Positions 23,542-24,670 of a DNA stretch of 24,670 nucleotides are shown piece after piece. The stretch lies in contig JASFYY010000016.1 in NCBI GenBank assembly GCA_045046875.1, positions 1-24,670 of the forward strand, written 5' to 3'. The notes beneath the pieces were generated by a model that ran no database searches, was not told the origin of the DNA, and saw nothing but the letters and a program-made list of their open reading frames with translations. Made by a program: the position numbers and the translations under genes. The stretch comes from Verrucomicrobiota bacterium. Its GTDB lineage: Bacteria; Verrucomicrobiota; Verrucomicrobiia; Verrucomicrobiales; DEV007. The stretch's first letter is position 1; each line of letters opens with the position of its first letter.

Positions 23542-24405
23542 ATGCGGGCAGTTTTTGAAAAAATAAATGCGCAGGATGAAGCTTCGTTTGGGGTTCGGGA
23601 AATTGACCAAGTGAGTTTCGATGCGCCCTGGCACTTCCATCCGGAGTGCGAACTGACTTTTATTCGGGAAGGCAGTGGGGAGCGCTTTGTGGGTGATAGC
23701 ATGCAGCCTTTTGTTGCGGGGGATTTGATTTTGTTGGGCGCGGGATTGCCGCATTTCTGGCGTAGTTCGAAGAGTGAAAGTGAAGGGGTTTCCCGTGCAG
23801 TGGTGGTGCATTTTGGTGAGGACTTTCTTGGAGGGAAGATGAATGGTGCGGTGGAGTTCGCGGGTATCAGGGAGATGTTGGGGCGAGCCAGGCAGGGTTT
23901 GTGTTTTTCAAGTGATGGCAAACTGAGTAGGGAAATTGGCAGTCGATTGAGTGATTTGATGGATGAGTCCGGTTTGAATCGCTTGCTTATATTGCTGGAT
24001 ATTTTGAGTGAGTTGGCAAATGGGAGTGGCTTAGCTAGTAGATTGTCCTCTAGTCATCATGTGCCGCTGCGTGATCATAAAGCAGGGCAGCGTATTAATC
24101 GTGCGTATGATTACGTGTATGCTAACTTAGGTGGGGGGATCAGTCTCGATGCGGTGGCGCGCGTGGCCGGTATGAGCCCGGCGGCTTTTTCGCGATATTT
24201 CAAACGCATGACAGGGCGAAATTTGTCGTACTTCATTGGTGAGCTGAGGATCAGCCAGGCGTGCAAACAATTGAGGGAGTCGGATTTGGGGATCTCGGAA
24301 GTGGCTTACGAAGTGGGGTTTGGCTCGCTGTCGAATTTTAACCGCTTGTTTAAAGAGTTAAAAGGAGTGAGCCCGAGGGAGTGGCGAGGGGATTTGCATG
24401 GATGA
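23542..24405 (+). CDS. AraC-family transcriptional regulator (cupin plus double HTH), divergent from the P450
   Basis: PWHFHPECEL, GERFVGD, LPHFW; MSPAAFSRYFKR; EVAYEVGFGSLSNFNRLFK..GVSPREWR. Confidence 0.95.
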   Translation: MRAVFEKINAQDEASFGVREIDQVSFDAPWHFHPECELTFIREGSGERFVGDSMQPFVAGDLILLGAGLPHFWRSSKSESEGVSRAVVVHFGEDFLGGKMNGAVEFAGIREMLGRARQGLCFSSDGKLSREIGSRLSDLMDESGLNRLLILLDILSELANGSGLASRLSSSHHVPLRDHKAGQRINRAYDYVYANLGGGISLDAVARVAGMSPAAFSRYFKRMTGRNLSYFIGELRISQACKQLRESDLGISEVAYEVGFGSLSNFNRLFKELKGVSPREWRGDLHG

Positions 24406-24456
24406 ACAGGTTGGGAAGGACTTTGAGAGGGGATGATTTTTTAGGAAATCGGAAGA

Positions 24457-24670
24457 GGGAGTAAGACAAAATAGTTAAGCTGCTGACCGCTATGCGTTTC
24501 GCCCGTTGCCTCCGGCTGTCTCCACTCCGCTCGAAGAATTGGATTTTTCACCCAGTGCGAAGCGCTGGGGTTAAATCGATTTCATTGCCAGCCCTAAAAG
24601 GGCGAAATGATGTTGAGGTGTGATAAGGTAGTTTTTAATAAGTAAGGGCTAACTTTATTGTCCTGCACCC
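24457..24670. mobile_element. MITE copy 2 (214 bp, internally deleted), ending exactly at the window edge
   Basis: Left end GGGAGTAAGACAAAATAGTTA versus reverse complement of right end GGGTGCAGGACAATAAAGTTA: 16/21 matches. The last 115 bp align without gaps to 14010-14124 with 19 differences by hand count. Confidence 0.85.

Noticed and set aside
13843..24670. Composite transposon formed by the two direct-orientation MITE copies around the efflux/TCS/P450/AraC block
   Set aside because: Copy 1 has its own duplication on both sides, so it inserted independently, and the copies differ at 19 of 115 aligned bases. Reconsider only if CTGTCGCAG follows 24670.

Overview
Bacterial chromosomal segment, probably from a marine Verrucomicrobiota-like polysaccharide degrader (inferred from gene content, not proven). 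It starts exactly at the CCA end of a minus-strand tRNA-Lys(CTT) and ends exactly at the terminal inverted repeat of a MITE, so it may be a whole contig. The left part (1-14.2 kb) encodes a secreted alpha/beta hydrolase, an IDS-like sulfatase, rdgB, an SGNH hydrolase, a Zn-dependent ADH, an SSS symporter, a CehA/McbA-like metallohydrolase with an EF-hand pair, a secreted acidic protein, an HGSNAT-like membrane acetyltransferase and a C39-like peptidase. Its spacers carry many 7-, 9- and 10-bp-period repeats, several of which form gene termini. The right part (14.3-24.4 kb) holds a TolC/MFP/RND efflux operon divergent from an OmpR-type two-component pair with mirror-image promoters, then a cytochrome P450 divergent from an AraC gene. 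Highlights: (i) the P450 and the ADH look like the CYP236A 6-O-methyl-D-galactose demethylase and its partner ADH known from marine Flavobacteriia, here 16 kb apart and without ferredoxin partners; (ii) two copies of a TIR-bounded MITE carrying an inverted REP-like doublet, the first flanked by a 9-bp target duplication. All family calls come from motif recognition and recall; no database searches were run.
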